A DNA stretch of 64,000 nt. Origin: an uncultured Prevotellaceae bacterium (GTDB taxonomy: Bacteria > Bacteroidota > Bacteroidia > Bacteroidales > Muribaculaceae). The number at the start of each line of letters is the position of its first letter. Positions within the stretch are counted from its first letter, which is position 1. Positions 19,571-30,925 of this stretch are shown in pieces. Where the stretch lies: positions 17,961 to 81,960 of the forward strand of contig CAMEKH010000001.1 of NCBI GenBank assembly GCA_945921235.1, written 5' to 3'. The notes beneath the pieces were generated by a model that did no database searches, was not told the origin of the DNA, and was given only the letters and a program-made list of their open reading frames with translations. The position numbers and the translations under genes are program-made.

Positions 19571-20221
19571 ATGAAGTTATCAAAAGGATGGCTTGCCACG
19601 ATAATTATCGTGGCAGTCATATTGATAGACCAAATCATGAAGATTTGGGTAAAGACGAATTTTTTCTATGGCGAAGAATACACCATAACAGATTGGTTTC
19701 GTCTCTATTTCATTGAGAACAATGGAATGGCTTTCGGCTTTGAATTTGGCAGTAAGCTGGTTCTTACATGGTTTAGAATAATCGCTGTGGGTTTATTCAT
19801 ATATTATATATATAAAATTAAATCACGCAATGATATAAAAACCGGGTTCTTGGTTTGTATATCCTTGATTACTGCCGGAGCCGCCGGGAATGTCATTGAT
19901 TGTATTTTCTATGGACTAATATTCAATGCGCCGGCATTCCCGCAAACAGCCACCCTATTTCCTCCAGATGGAGGTTATGGAACTATTTTTAACGGCAGGG
20001 TTGTCGATATGCTATATTTTCCTTTGGTAGAATGGGATTGGCCTGAATGGCTGCCATATATAGGAGGCAATCATTTCGTCTTTTTCCAACCGATTTTCAA
20101 TATAGCTGATGCAGCACTAAGTGTGGGCGTTATTGTTATGATTTTGTTCTATTCCAAGCATTTATCAGGTAATGCTTTAAGAATAAATACAGAAGAGAAT
20201 ACTGATACTGATAATGACTAA
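19571..20221 (+). CDS. lspA: Signal peptidase II (lipoprotein signal peptidase)
   Basis: Four TM segments and conserved NxGxAFG (ENNGMAFGF) and FNIAD motifs. The ORF-track start 19565 is TTG, so ATG 19571 is preferred. Confidence 0.9.
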   Translation: MKLSKGWLATIIIVAVILIDQIMKIWVKTNFFYGEEYTITDWFRLYFIENNGMAFGFEFGSKLVLTWFRIIAVGLFIYYIYKIKSRNDIKTGFLVCISLITAGAAGNVIDCIFYGLIFNAPAFPQTATLFPPDGGYGTIFNGRVVDMLYFPLVEWDWPEWLPYIGGNHFVFFQPIFNIADAALSVGVIVMILFYSKHLSGNALRINTEENTDTDND

Positions 20222-20239
20222 AACTCATCGTATCACCAA

Positions 20240-21214
20240 ATGCAAAAATACTATATAGCCATATTATCTCTTTTACTACTGTTGGGTGTGGGAAGCTGTC
20301 ATTCCAAGCCTGATAAGGTGCTCGATGAAGAGGAAATGGTAGACTTGCTATCGGATATATACAAGAGTGAAGCTATCATTGAAATGAATCAAGCAAAATT
20401 CAAAAGTGACTCTATGAAAGCCGTGGTGCGCCAATCAATTTTTGAGAAACATGGAGTCACTCAAGAAGAATTTGATTCATCAATGGTGTGGTATGGTCAC
20501 AATGTAAGGAACTATATTAAAGTCTATGACGGTATTATTGCCCGGCTGGAAGACGAAGAATATTATTTGAATAATGCTGACAACCCACACAAGAGCAATG
20601 CTCGCCGAGTAAAAAAGAAATATCCTTCATCGGGCGATTCGGCTGATATCTGGAATAAAGAACATTCATGGATTCTTCTTCCTCAATATCGAAATAACAT
20701 AATTCGCTTCAATATCGATGCAAAATCCGACAACAAAAAAGGTGACTGCTATACATTCATATATCGCATGAGGAACATGATAAGTGGCGTGAAAGTATTT
20801 ATGGCTGTAGATTATTATGACGGTACTACGTCATTTGCTTATCGCACATCACCAATTGAAGGCGAATGCAGGCTAAGTGTTCAGAGCGATTCAACAAAAT
20901 CTGTCAAAAGGCTATACGGCTATTTGTCGACTAAACCATCAATTAGAGAAGCCGTGTTCATTGATAGCATTATGATGCTTAGAACCCGCCTTGACAGTGC
21001 TACATATGTCATATTCAACAACCAGAAGTGGACCGGTCCAAAGCGTTTGAATCCGGAAATGCTAAAGAAAAAAGCAGAAGAGGCAAAACAGCGTAATGAA
21101 TCGAAACAAGAAGATTCAATAGCTTCCATGCAGAATAATGCGACATCACGACCTCGCCGATTTATCCCAAAACAGGGACTACACAAAAGTAATCACAGCA
21201 AAGCCAATGATTAA
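20240..21214 (+). CDS. DUF4296-like lipoprotein with a long basic C-terminal extension
   Basis: Lipoprotein signal with lipobox (LLGVGSC). The N-terminal segment EEEMVDLLSDIYKSEAII is typical of DUF4296 proteins found after lspA in Bacteroidota (from memory). Confidence 0.6.
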   Translation: MQKYYIAILSLLLLLGVGSCHSKPDKVLDEEEMVDLLSDIYKSEAIIEMNQAKFKSDSMKAVVRQSIFEKHGVTQEEFDSSMVWYGHNVRNYIKVYDGIIARLEDEEYYLNNADNPHKSNARRVKKKYPSSGDSADIWNKEHSWILLPQYRNNIIRFNIDAKSDNKKGDCYTFIYRMRNMISGVKVFMAVDYYDGTTSFAYRTSPIEGECRLSVQSDSTKSVKRLYGYLSTKPSIREAVFIDSIMMLRTRLDSATYVIFNNQKWTGPKRLNPEMLKKKAEEAKQRNESKQEDSIASMQNNATSRPRRFIPKQGLHKSNHSKAND

Positions 21215-21533
21215 GAGATACATTGCAAATTATATTATCAGTGATAACACAGAGCACACTAATAGTGTGCTCTGTGTTGATAATAAATCGATTACTATTC
21301 ACAAATTTGAAAGAGAAACGCCACATACTGAATTTGTTGTTGGTGCAATTGTAATTATTGAAGCCGAATATAAGAGCCTGATAATTGAAATTGTTGAAAA
21401 TTCCGAGAATTTACAAGAAGCCATTAGTAGAATAGTGTCAATTAACACAAAAAATGGCATTTCAAGCGACAAAGTGATATTACAAGTGTCTTTTTGTCCT
21501 AAAAATGTAAGAGAATTACAATATTTGCATTGA
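21207..21533 (+). CDS. Hypothetical protein (108 aa)
   Basis: The ATG overlaps the upstream stop (ATGATTAA). I recognise no motif. It could be a remnant of a longer gene. Confidence 0.4.
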   Translation: MIKRYIANYIISDNTEHTNSVLCVDNKSITIHKFERETPHTEFVVGAIVIIEAEYKSLIIEIVENSENLQEAISRIVSINTKNGISSDKVILQVSFCPKNVRELQYLH

Positions 21534-21561
21534 CATATTTTCTAAATCCGCCTATTTATGC

Positions 21562-21569
21562 TATCTTTG
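21562..21569 (+). promoter_or_regulatory. -7 box TATCTTTG (purU-his unit)
   Basis: Exact TAnnTTTG match, 61 nt before ATG 21631. Confidence 0.55.
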
Positions 21570-21630
21570 CAATTAATAACACATAATGTGTGTACTATCA
21601 ATATGTTATATAAAGTCAAATAGAACATAA

Positions 21631-22500
21631 ATGAAAAATACAAATCACAATAATGCAGTAATCCTTATGCACTGCCCCGACCAGCCGGGAATCATTGCAG
21701 TGATTACTGAATTTATCAATACAAATGGAGGTAATATTCTTTACCTTGACCAATATGTTGACCGCATTAATGGGATATTCTATATGCGTGTAGAATGGGA
21801 TTTGGCTAAATTCATTATTCCCAAAGAAAAGATTAACGACTATTTCAACACGCTATATGCGCAGCGCTACAACATGGTGTATAGGTTATCATTTACAGAC
21901 CGCCCACAACGCATGGCACTATTCGTATCGAAAATGTCGCATTGCCTTTATGACATTCTTGCACGATACACCGCAGGCGATTGGGAGGTGGAAATTCCTC
22001 TTATTATCAGTAATCACCCCGATTTAAAAAGCGTGGGAGAGCAATTTAATATTCCATTTGAGGTAGTACCTGTAACGCGCGACAATAAGACTGAAATGGA
22101 AGCATTGGAATTTGAATTGCTCGATAAATATAATATAGATTTCATAGTTCTTGCCCGATATATGCAGGTTCTATCGGAGGATTTCATCAATAGATATCCT
22201 AATAGAATTATAAACATTCATCACTCATTCCTCCCAGCTTTTGTCGGCGCAAAGCCTTATCACGCAGCTTACGAACGTGGCGTGAAGCTAATAGGAGCTA
22301 CAAGCCATTATGTTACTACAGAGCTTGATGCAGGTCCGATAATCGAGCAAGATATTGTTAGAATCACGCACAAGGACACAGTTGCCGATTTAGTTCACAA
22401 AGGTCGCGACCTTGAAAAAATAGTCTTATCGCGAGCAGTTGAGAAACATATACAGCGAAAAATACTCGCTTATAAAAACAAAACAATTGTATTCAGTTGA
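21631..22500 (+). CDS. purU: Formyltetrahydrofolate deformylase
   Basis: 289 aa. N-terminal ACT domain followed by a formyltransferase core (IINIHHSFLPAF, ATSHYVT..LDAGPII). Confidence 0.9.
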   Translation: MKNTNHNNAVILMHCPDQPGIIAVITEFINTNGGNILYLDQYVDRINGIFYMRVEWDLAKFIIPKEKINDYFNTLYAQRYNMVYRLSFTDRPQRMALFVSKMSHCLYDILARYTAGDWEVEIPLIISNHPDLKSVGEQFNIPFEVVPVTRDNKTEMEALEFELLDKYNIDFIVLARYMQVLSEDFINRYPNRIINIHHSFLPAFVGAKPYHAAYERGVKLIGATSHYVTTELDAGPIIEQDIVRITHKDTVADLVHKGRDLEKIVLSRAVEKHIQRKILAYKNKTIVFS

Positions 22501-22525
22501 AGGATAGTGTAGAATATCTCTTGAT

Positions 22526-23119
22526 ATGGGAATTGTCATTATTAAATATAATGCCGGTAATGTTTTCTCTGTGAAATGTGCGTTACACAGAATTGGAGTT
22601 GATGCCGTTATCACCGATGATAAAGAAATCATAATGAATGCCGATAAAGTGATTTTTCCTGGTGTTGGCGAGGCTTCAACAGCTATGGCATATCTCAGGC
22701 AGCACAGAATGGACGAAATGATAAAATCACTCACACAACCCGTATTGGGAATATGCATTGGTATGCAGCTCCTTTGCAAGCATTCGCAGGAGGGCAACAC
22801 TGATTGTTTAGGAATATTCGACACTATGGTAATGAGATTTGACAATAGTAATTCTCCACTTAATAAAATTCCGCACATGGGGTGGAACACTATTGAGGTG
22901 ATGCCCAATGAACTTGTTGATGCAAGTTTCGATAATAAATTTGTATATTTCGTACATAGTTATTATGCTCCAGTAAATAAATTTACAGTAGCAAAAAGCT
23001 CCTATATTAATGAATTCAGTTCCATACTGAAAAAAGATAATTTCTATGCCACACAGTTCCACCCTGAAAAGAGTGGGACAATAGGCGAACAAATACTTAA
23101 AAATTTTATTGGCTTATGA
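22526..23119 (+). CDS. hisH: Imidazole glycerol phosphate synthase, glutaminase subunit
   Basis: 197 aa. Class-I GATase triad context (GICIGMQ, FVHSY, QFHPEKS). Confidence 0.93.
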   Translation: MGIVIIKYNAGNVFSVKCALHRIGVDAVITDDKEIIMNADKVIFPGVGEASTAMAYLRQHRMDEMIKSLTQPVLGICIGMQLLCKHSQEGNTDCLGIFDTMVMRFDNSNSPLNKIPHMGWNTIEVMPNELVDASFDNKFVYFVHSYYAPVNKFTVAKSSYINEFSSILKKDNFYATQFHPEKSGTIGEQILKNFIGL

Positions 23120-23862
23120 TAGAAATAATTCCCGCCATAGATTTGATTGAGGGGAAATGCGTGAGACTTACAAGAGGTGACTTCGAACAAGTAAGAGTGT
23201 ACAATGAGTCGCCTATTGATGTGGCAAAATCTTTTGAAGATGCCGGTTGCCGACACTTACATATCGTTGACCTCGATGGAGCAAAATCGCAACATATAGT
23301 AAACTACAAAGTACTTGAAGAAGTTGCTTCAAAAACGGAATTGAAAATTGATTTCGGAGGAGGCTTAAAAAGCGACGATGATGTGAGGATAGCTTTTGAA
23401 TGTGGAGCTGAAAAAATTACCGGTGGGAGCATTGCCGTAAAAAGTCCAACAACTTTTGAACGTTGGCTTGAAAAATATGGTTCTCGAAGGGTAATTCTTG
23501 GTGCAGACACTCGCGATGGCAAAATACTCACCGACGGCTGGCAGAAAGGAAGCAATGAAAGCATTATTCCCTATATTGAAGAATATGTGCAAAAAGGTAT
23601 TACGCAGATAATCAGCACCGATGTGAAATGCGATGGTACGCTCACCGGTCCGTCAATTGATTTATATAAGTTGATTTTGGATAAATTTCCGCGTCTTTAT
23701 GTAATAGCAAGCGGTGGAGTAGGTAGAATTGCTGATATTGCTGAACTTGAAAAAGCCGGAGTTCCTGCTGTAATAGTAGGAAAAGCTATATATGAGAATT
23801 GCATTACACTAAAAGATTTGGAAAGGATAAATACTACAGGTACATGCTTGCAAAACGAATAA
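23116..23862 (+). CDS. hisA: ProFAR isomerase
   Basis: 248 aa. N-terminus [15 protein letters not shown]. The ATG overlaps the hisH stop (ATGA). Confidence 0.93.
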   Translation: MIEIIPAIDLIEGKCVRLTRGDFEQVRVYNESPIDVAKSFEDAGCRHLHIVDLDGAKSQHIVNYKVLEEVASKTELKIDFGGGLKSDDDVRIAFECGAEKITGGSIAVKSPTTFERWLEKYGSRRVILGADTRDGKILTDGWQKGSNESIIPYIEEYVQKGITQIISTDVKCDGTLTGPSIDLYKLILDKFPRLYVIASGGVGRIADIAELEKAGVPAVIVGKAIYENCITLKDLERINTTGTCLQNE

Positions 23863-24599
23863 TACCCTGTCTCGATGTCAAAGATGGCACAACAGTTAAG
23901 GGTGTAAATTTCACAAACCTTAAAGATGCAGGAGACCCTGTTGCTCTCGGAAAAAGATATTGCGATGAGGGTGCTGATGAACTTGTGTTTCTTGATATAA
24001 CGGCATCGTATGAAAAGCGCAAAACCTTTGCAAATATGGTGATGCGAGTAGCTGAAAACATTAATATTCCATTCACCGTAGGTGGAGGCATTTCAAGTGT
24101 AGAAGATGTTGAGAGGTTGCTTGAGGCAGGTGCAGATAAGGTTTCAATCAACTCAGCTGCATTGAAGAATCCAAATTTGATTGATGAGATTGCACGAAAT
24201 TTCGGCAATCAAGTATGTGTATTGGCAATTGATGCACATTGCTTTGACAATGAATGGATTTGCTACATTAACGGAGGTAGGATTGCCACTCATAGAAAAT
24301 TATTCGAGTGGGCACGAGAAGGTCAGGAACGTGGCGCAGGTGAAATTTTATTTACAAGTATGGACCACGACGGCGTAAAAAACGGATATGCATGTGAAGC
24401 ATTGCACGAATTATCGGAATCGCTTGCAATACCCATTATAGCATCAGGCGGTTGCGGTGCAAAAGAGCATTTCCTCAAAGCTTTCAAATATGGCAACGCC
24501 GATGCTGCTCTTGCTGCAAGCGTATTTCATTTTAATGAAATAAAAATTAGAGATTTAAAGGAATACCTTAAGGATAATGACGTAAATGTTAGACTATAA
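23844..24599 (+). CDS. hisF: Imidazole glycerol phosphate synthase, cyclase subunit
   Basis: Canonical N-terminus [15 protein letters not shown]. The ORF-track start 23799 lies inside hisA, so ATG 23844 is used. Confidence 0.93.
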   Translation: MLAKRIIPCLDVKDGTTVKGVNFTNLKDAGDPVALGKRYCDEGADELVFLDITASYEKRKTFANMVMRVAENINIPFTVGGGISSVEDVERLLEAGADKVSINSAALKNPNLIDEIARNFGNQVCVLAIDAHCFDNEWICYINGGRIATHRKLFEWAREGQERGAGEILFTSMDHDGVKNGYACEALHELSESLAIPIIASGGCGAKEHFLKAFKYGNADAALAASVFHFNEIKIRDLKEYLKDNDVNVRL

Positions 24600-24608
24600 A
24601 ATTAATAT

Positions 24609-25241
24609 ATGGAATTACCTGATTTAGACTTTAATAAAATGGGAGGTTTGATACCTGCCATAATTCAAGATAGTAGGACAAAAAAAGTGCTTATGCTGGG
24701 TTATATGAACCAAGAGGCATTAGCAAAGACTTTGGAATTAAATAAAGTAACATTTTTCAGTCGGTCCAAGCAACGCCTGTGGACAAAAGGAGAAACAAGC
24801 GGTAATTTTTTGAATGTAATATCTATTGACGTTGATTGTGATAAAGACACATTGCTTATTAAAGCTGTGCCTGATGGTCCTGTATGCCACACAGGTGCCG
24901 CAACCTGCTTCGGTGATAATAACGAAATAGGGATAGAATTTCTCTCGGAATTGCAAGATTTCATAAACAAAAGGCACGAAGAAATGCCCGAGAACTCCTA
25001 TACCACTACCCTATTTCAAAGTGGAATTAACCGTATGGCACAGAAAGTGGGAGAAGAAGCAGTGGAAACCGTAATTGAAGCTACCAACGGAACAGATGGA
25101 AGAATGATGTATGAGGCATCTGATTTGCTCTATCATCTCATTGTGCTTCTCACTGCAAAAGGACGCCGAATTGAAGAATTGGCTGAAGCTCTTCATCGTC
25201 GTCACAATAAACCCAAAGAAAACTATGACAAAAATTGTTGA
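24609..25241 (+). CDS. hisI: Bifunctional phosphoribosyl-AMP cyclohydrolase / phosphoribosyl-ATP pyrophosphatase
   Basis: 210 aa. HisI part (LIPAIIQD.., CHTG) followed by the HisE part (EEAVETVIEA, DLLYHLIVLL). Confidence 0.9.
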   Translation: MELPDLDFNKMGGLIPAIIQDSRTKKVLMLGYMNQEALAKTLELNKVTFFSRSKQRLWTKGETSGNFLNVISIDVDCDKDTLLIKAVPDGPVCHTGAATCFGDNNEIGIEFLSELQDFINKRHEEMPENSYTTTLFQSGINRMAQKVGEEAVETVIEATNGTDGRMMYEASDLLYHLIVLLTAKGRRIEELAEALHRRHNKPKENYDKNC

Positions 25242-25890
25242 TTATCGCAACGTTCTCATTACAAGGAAAGAACTTGTTGTGCTTAAAAATGTTACATTCA
25301 GTCTCGACAAGGGCGAATTTGCATATTTAATAGGTCGTGTAGGTAGCGGAAAGAGCAGCCTGATGAAGACTATGTATGCTGAAGTTCCAATAACCGAAGG
25401 CGAAGCAAACGTTATGGAATACTCTCTGAATGCGCTGAAGGCTCGTCATATACCTTATTTGCGCAGAAAAATAGGGATAGTATTTCAAGATTTTCAGTTG
25501 CTTGCCGACCGTTCTGCTTACGATAATCTGGAATTCGTACTCAAAGCTACCGGTTGGAAAAACCGAGAGGAAATTTCCGAACGCATCGAAGAGGTGTTGA
25601 CACGAGTAGGTATGGTAAAAAAATCTTACAAGATGCCACATGAATTGTCGGGGGGAGAACAACAACGAATAGTAATAGCTCGTGCATTGCTTAATAAGCC
25701 GACCCTGATTCTTGCAGATGAGCCTACGGGTAATCTCGACCCCGACACAAGTCACCAGATTCTTGCACTACTGCACAATATAGCAAGCAAAGGCACGTCA
25801 GTGCTTATGGCTACGCATAACATACAACTTGTAGAAGAATTCCCGGGCAAAATATTTAAATGTGAGAACAAAAAGCTTATTGAATGTTGA
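25225..25890 (+). CDS. ftsE: FtsE-like cell-division ABC transporter ATP-binding protein
   Basis: Walker [10 protein letters not shown], signature LSGGEQQR and Walker [12 protein letters not shown] 25225 overlaps the end of hisIE. The ORF-track start 25111 lies deep inside hisIE. Confidence 0.8.
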   Translation: MTKIVDYRNVLITRKELVVLKNVTFSLDKGEFAYLIGRVGSGKSSLMKTMYAEVPITEGEANVMEYSLNALKARHIPYLRRKIGIVFQDFQLLADRSAYDNLEFVLKATGWKNREEISERIEEVLTRVGMVKKSYKMPHELSGGEQQRIVIARALLNKPTLILADEPTGNLDPDTSHQILALLHNIASKGTSVLMATHNIQLVEEFPGKIFKCENKKLIEC

Positions 25891-25961
25891 TTTAAAAAAC
25901 ATTCCGACAGAATGAATATAAAAATTAAGTCAGTTGAATAGTATAATTGCCATTTTTTTGC

Positions 25962-25969
25962 TAATTTTG
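25962..25969 (+). promoter_or_regulatory. -7 box TAATTTTG (lysC-lysA)
   Basis: Exact TAnnTTTG match, 59 nt before ATG 26029. Confidence 0.55.
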
Positions 25970-26028
25970 CACAATTAACATTTAAATAAGATTATTTACA
26001 TAGATAACAAAATATAAATTGAGGTCAA

Positions 26029-27351
26029 ATGAAGGTTTTGAAATTTGGAGGGACTTCGGTTGGCTCCGCTGAAAGGATTAAAAATGTTGCAAAACTTGTC
26101 TTGGAGCGTGGTAAAAATATAATTGTTTTATCAGCTATGTCGGGCACTACCAATACGCTTGTAGAAATATCTGATTATCTGTATAAGCATAATATCGACG
26201 GCGCCAAAGAAACCATCAATTTGCTTGAAAAGAAATATTTTAGAACCATCAGTGAATTATTCGACAATGCCGATGATTGCGAAACTGCAACCACCGAAAT
26301 TAAAGCATGCTTTAATTATATTCGTTCGTTCACCAAAGATTTATTTACCATTTTCGAAGAAAAAGAGATTCTTGCTCAAGGGGAGTTGATGTCGACTGCT
26401 CTTATGAATATCTATATGAAATCTCTCGGGGTAAAATCAGTAATTATCCCGGCTCTCGAATATATGCGAACTGACAAAAACGGAGAGCCCGACACTCAAT
26501 ACATAAAGCAAAAATTATCGGCACTATTAGAAAAGTATGCTGATGCTGAGATATTCATCACCCAAGGGTATATTTGCCGAAACGCATACGGAGAAATTGA
26601 CAATTTGCAACGCGGTGGAAGTGACTATAGTGCTTCACTAATCGGTGCGGCAATCAATGCTGAAGAAATTGAAATTTGGACTGACATTGATGGAATGCAT
26701 AACAACGACCCTCGATATGTTGAGGGTACATCGCCTGTTGGCGAACTACATTTTGAGGAAGCTGCAGAACTTGCTTATTTTGGAGCTAAAATCCTCCACC
26801 CCACTTGTGTACTACCTGCAAAATTAAATAATATACCGGTTAGATTGCTGAATACAATGTGTCCTGAAGCAAAAGGCACTCTAATTCATAACACAAACGG
26901 GAATGGTGAGATTAAAGCAATAGCTGCAAAAGACAATATCATCGCTATAAAAATCAAATCAGGGCGTATGTTGCTTGCATACGGGTTCCTCAGGAAAGTG
27001 TTTGAAATATTTGAAACCTACAAGACTCCTATCGATATGATAGCCACTTCGGAAGTCGGAGTCTCGGTTACAATAGATAGTGAGAAGAATCTCGACAACA
27101 TACTTGATGATTTGAAGAAATTCGGCACAGTGACAGTTGACCGCGATATGGTCATAATATGTGTTGTAGGCGACCTCGAATGGCATAATACCGGAGCTGA
27201 GGCACTTGCAATAGAAGCACTAAAAGATGTTCCGGTGAGAATGATTTCCTACGGAGGAAGCAATTATAATGTTTCATTCCTTGTGAAAAAAGAAGACAAG
27301 GTGAGAACACTTAATTTGCTTAGCAAACACATATTTGGCGCAAAGGAATAA
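26029..27351 (+). CDS. lysC: Aspartate kinase
   Basis: 440 aa. N-terminus KFGGTSVG and C-terminal ACT domains. Confidence 0.9.
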   Translation: MKVLKFGGTSVGSAERIKNVAKLVLERGKNIIVLSAMSGTTNTLVEISDYLYKHNIDGAKETINLLEKKYFRTISELFDNADDCETATTEIKACFNYIRSFTKDLFTIFEEKEILAQGELMSTALMNIYMKSLGVKSVIIPALEYMRTDKNGEPDTQYIKQKLSALLEKYADAEIFITQGYICRNAYGEIDNLQRGGSDYSASLIGAAINAEEIEIWTDIDGMHNNDPRYVEGTSPVGELHFEEAAELAYFGAKILHPTCVLPAKLNNIPVRLLNTMCPEAKGTLIHNTNGNGEIKAIAAKDNIIAIKIKSGRMLLAYGFLRKVFEIFETYKTPIDMIATSEVGVSVTIDSEKNLDNILDDLKKFGTVTVDRDMVIICVVGDLEWHNTGAEALAIEALKDVPVRMISYGGSNYNVSFLVKKEDKVRTLNLLSKHIFGAKE

Positions 27352-27393
27352 TTTATTAAAGTAAAATAGATTGTGTTAGGTAAAATTTAGAAT

Positions 27394-28539
27394 ATGATAT
27401 TTCCATTAGATAAGTTCAAAACATTAGAAACTCCTTTCTATTATTATGATTTAAATGTTCTTAAGAATACTCTTGAGGAAATTAAATCAAATGTAAGTGG
27501 AGTGCCATTTAAAGTACATTATGCAATTAAAGCAAATGCCAACGACCGAATCTTGTCAATAATACGAGAATCAGGTCTTGGTGTAGATTGCGTGAGCGGA
27601 GGAGAACTTAATGCCGCAATAAAAGCAGGTTTTGATGGTAGTAAAATTGCCTTTGCGGGTGTAGGAAAAACCGACAAAGAGATATCTGCCGGAATTGATA
27701 ATGACATTTTTTGCTTTAATGTGGAATCATTGCCTGAAATGCAAGTTATCAATGAGATAGCAAGTAATAAAGGGAAAACCGCCAATGTGGCAATAAGAAT
27801 AAACCCAAACATCGATGCCCACACTCATAAATACATTACTACAGGATTAAACGAGAACAAATTCGGCATCAACCTCCCGCAACTCGATGACATCGTAAAA
27901 GCGACGTTAGCAATGCCAAACGTAAAATTATGCGGTTTTCATTTCCACATCGGCTCTCAGATACTTGAAAAAGAGCCTTTTATTATGCTCTGTGAGAAAA
28001 TTAATGAACTTCAGGATAAATATGAAAAACAAGGCATTGAAATAAAAATAATCAATGTGGGTGGTGGACTTGGAATTGATTATAACAACCCTGATAGTGC
28101 ATTAATCCCCGACTTCAAAGGCTATTTTGATATTTTCAAGCAAAATCTCAAATTGCGCCATGGTCAGGAGTTGCACTTTGAATTAGGGCGTTCGGTAGTT
28201 GCACAATGCGGTTCTCTCATCACTCGTGTGACATACGTGAAAAGTGGAACAGCGAAGAAATTTATTATTGTAGATGCCGGAATGAGCGACTTGATACGTC
28301 CGGCACTATATCAAGCACATCATAAAATTGAAAACATCACATCGGCGGCAACCGACGTTGATGTATATGATGTAGTCGGACCGATATGCGAATCGAGCGA
28401 TTGCTTTGGTACCGACGAGACTCTTGCCCTTACAAAACGCGGAGATATGATAGCATTGCGTTCTGCCGGGGCATATGGCGAGATTATGGCATCACACTAT
28501 AATTGCCGGGAATTCCCTCAATCGGTATATTCAGATTGA
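27394..28539 (+). CDS. lysA: Diaminopimelate decarboxylase
   Basis: 381 aa. PLP-lysine motif HYAIKANAN and motifs GGGLGI and CESSD. It follows lysC. Confidence 0.9.
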   Translation: MIFPLDKFKTLETPFYYYDLNVLKNTLEEIKSNVSGVPFKVHYAIKANANDRILSIIRESGLGVDCVSGGELNAAIKAGFDGSKIAFAGVGKTDKEISAGIDNDIFCFNVESLPEMQVINEIASNKGKTANVAIRINPNIDAHTHKYITTGLNENKFGINLPQLDDIVKATLAMPNVKLCGFHFHIGSQILEKEPFIMLCEKINELQDKYEKQGIEIKIINVGGGLGIDYNNPDSALIPDFKGYFDIFKQNLKLRHGQELHFELGRSVVAQCGSLITRVTYVKSGTAKKFIIVDAGMSDLIRPALYQAHHKIENITSAATDVDVYDVVGPICESSDCFGTDETLALTKRGDMIALRSAGAYGEIMASHYNCREFPQSVYSD

Positions 28540-28576
28540 TATTTTAATACAGTTGAGAAATTAAATAATAAATATT

Positions 28577-30280
28577 ATGGCAGAGAATATAGAAAATAGT
28601 CCTAATGATAAGAAGGGATTGAATTTTGTTCAACAAATCATTGCCGATGATTTGAAAGCTGGAAAGAATGGAGGCCGATTGAACACTCGTTTCCCTCCCG
28701 AGCCAAATGGTTATCTTCATATTGGTCACGCAAAGGCTATTTGTATGGATTTTGGCGCAGCTGAAATGTTCGGCGGGACATGTAATCTGCGATTTGATGA
28801 TACAAATCCTACTAAAGAAGATGTGGAATATGTGGAATCAATCAAAGAGGATATTAAATGGTTGGGATTTGATTGGGGGAATCGTGAATATTACGCTTCC
28901 GATTATTTTCCAAAGCTCTACGACCTTGCCATACGCATGATTAAAGAGGGAAAGGCCTATGTAGACGACCAATCATCGGAAGAGATAGCAGCGCAAAAAG
29001 GTACCCCCACTACACCCGGGACCAACAGTCCCTATCGTAACCGCACGGTAGAAGAGAACCTCGATTTGTTTGAGCGAATGAATAAAGGAGAATTCGATGA
29101 AGGAAGTCGCGTATTGAGGGCAAAAATAGATATGACATCATCGAATATGCACTTCCGTGACCCTATTATGTATAGGATAATTAAAACGCCTCATCACCGC
29201 ACGGGAACAACGTGGAAGGTTTATCCTATGTATGATTTTGCACATGGGCAAAGCGACTATTTCGAAGGAGTAACGCACTCTATCTGTACACTTGAATTTG
29301 TGCCACACCGCCCGCTCTATGAATATTTCGTAAAAGAGCTTGCAGACGAAAGCTATTGTCCTCGCCAAATTGAATTCAATAGATTGAATCTTACTTACAC
29401 CGTTATGAGTAAGCGCAAACTATTGCAATTAGTGAAAGAAGGGCTTGTGGCCGGTTGGGACGACCCGCGAATGCCAACTATCTGCGGATTGCGTCGCAGA
29501 GGATACACTCCCGAGTCGATAAAGTCATTTATTAAAGCAATTGGTTATACCACTTACGAGGCTCTCAACGATATTTCCCTCCTTGAGCATAGCATTCGTG
29601 AAGACCTGAATAAGCGTGCCAACCGTGTAAGTGCGGTAATCAATCCGGTGAAAGTCATTATAACTAATTACCCCGAGGGTAAGTGTGAGATGATGACCAT
29701 AGAGAATAATCCCGAAGATGCTGAGGCAGGCACACATGAGATGCCTTTCAGTCGTGAAATTTTTATTGAACGTGAGGATTTTATGGAGAATCCGTCGAAG
29801 AAATATTTCCGACTTGCTCCCGACAAAGAAGTGCGCTTAAAGGCAGCATATATAATTAAATGCACCGGTGTTAAAAAAGATTCAAATGGAGAAATAGAAG
29901 AAATCTATTGCGAATATGACCCTGAATCGAAAAGCGGAATGCCCGGAAGTGAACGAAAAGTAAAAGGAACATTACATTGGGTTTCAGCAGCTCATTGCAA
30001 AGAAGCTGAAGTGCGCCTCTATGACCGTCTATTTATGGTGGAAAATCCGGCTGAAGAGAAAGAAAAGGATTTTAGAGAATTACTTAATCCCGATTCTTTA
30101 AAAGTGCTGAGCAATATAAAAATAGAGCCATATCTTGCACAAACAGCTAAAGCCGGCGACCACTACCAGTTCCAACGCATTGGATATTTCACAGTTGACC
30201 CCGACTCCGATGAAAATAAGTTAGTATTTAACCGCACAATATCACTAAAGGATAGTTGGGCGAAAGTTAAAGACAAATAA
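28577..30280 (+). CDS. glnS: Glutamine--tRNA ligase
   Basis: 567 aa. HIGH motif ([14 protein letters not shown]), a VMSKR (KMSKS-type) motif and a C-terminal anticodon-binding beta-barrel domain. Confidence 0.95.
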   Translation: MAENIENSPNDKKGLNFVQQIIADDLKAGKNGGRLNTRFPPEPNGYLHIGHAKAICMDFGAAEMFGGTCNLRFDDTNPTKEDVEYVESIKEDIKWLGFDWGNREYYASDYFPKLYDLAIRMIKEGKAYVDDQSSEEIAAQKGTPTTPGTNSPYRNRTVEENLDLFERMNKGEFDEGSRVLRAKIDMTSSNMHFRDPIMYRIIKTPHHRTGTTWKVYPMYDFAHGQSDYFEGVTHSICTLEFVPHRPLYEYFVKELADESYCPRQIEFNRLNLTYTVMSKRKLLQLVKEGLVAGWDDPRMPTICGLRRRGYTPESIKSFIKAIGYTTYEALNDISLLEHSIREDLNKRANRVSAVINPVKVIITNYPEGKCEMMTIENNPEDAEAGTHEMPFSREIFIEREDFMENPSKKYFRLAPDKEVRLKAAYIIKCTGVKKDSNGEIEEIYCEYDPESKSGMPGSERKVKGTLHWVSAAHCKEAEVRLYDRLFMVENPAEEKEKDFRELLNPDSLKVLSNIKIEPYLAQTAKAGDHYQFQRIGYFTVDPDSDENKLVFNRTISLKDSWAKVKDK

Positions 30281-30313
30281 CTCATTTTTGCAGAATATTT
30301 TTTTAGAACTCAT

Positions 30314-30357
30314 TGACCAATATGTCGGAATTTCTGACCTATTGGTCATATTTTTTA
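30314..30357 (+). terminator. Intrinsic terminator after glnS
   Basis: Stem TGACCAATA (30314-30322) pairs with TATTGGTCA (30340-30348), followed by TATTTTTT. Confidence 0.7.
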
Positions 30358-30399
30358 TAGATTGAAGAACTTTTCTATTGCAATTCAGTGTTTAATAAT

Positions 30400-30407
30400 T
30401 ATATTTG
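30400..30407 (+). promoter_or_regulatory. -7 box TATATTTG (orphan lipoprotein ORF)
   Basis: Exact TAnnTTTG match, downstream of the glnS terminator. Confidence 0.45.
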
Positions 30408-30443
30408 TTGCAAAAATACAATTACATATTTACATCTGTTATA

Positions 30444-30836
30444 GTGTTACGCTTATTAAATAAATATGGTTATCTGTTATTGTATTCATTAATTATGTTT
30501 ACAATACTCTCTTGTAATAGTGACAAGCAGATTGTATATCCTGAAATAGGGATTAACTTCTCCCTTAATGAAATTAATGAAGTTATTATCAGTGATTTCA
30601 CATCACCGGAGGATTACGCTATGTGCCACACACCATTTGGGCTACCCACGGCAACATATAGCGCGAAACTAAATAGCTTAATTAAATATCCTACAACTGA
30701 CAGATTAACACTATCATTGATTCATCGTTGCTCGGAATATCAAACCTATTTTTCAAATTGCCACTTATTTAAATCTACACTATATCGGGATTCTATTGAC
30801 TATTATATATATGCCTTAAGACGAATAATAATTTAA
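30444..30836 (+). CDS. Hypothetical small lipoprotein (orphan)
   Basis: The ORF-track start 30405 is a TTG overlapping the -7 box TATATTTG. An in-frame GTG at 30444 gives a lipoprotein-type signal (LRLLNKYGYLLLYSLIMFTILSC). ATG 30495 is the alternative start. I recognise no family. Confidence 0.35.
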   Translation: MLRLLNKYGYLLLYSLIMFTILSCNSDKQIVYPEIGINFSLNEINEVIISDFTSPEDYAMCHTPFGLPTATYSAKLNSLIKYPTTDRLTLSLIHRCSEYQTYFSNCHLFKSTLYRDSIDYYIYALRRIII

Positions 30837-30925
30837 CCAATTTATTAAATCCTAATAGCTACTGAAACCAATTGAAAATTAATTATATTTATATTATTAT
30901 GAAAACACGAGAGTGATTAGAGATA

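Noticed and set aside
25891-26028. Looked for a lysine (L-box) riboswitch upstream of lysC.
   Set aside because: The -7 box at 25962 leaves a leader of only about 55 nt, AT-rich and without conserved helices. That is far too short for an L-box.
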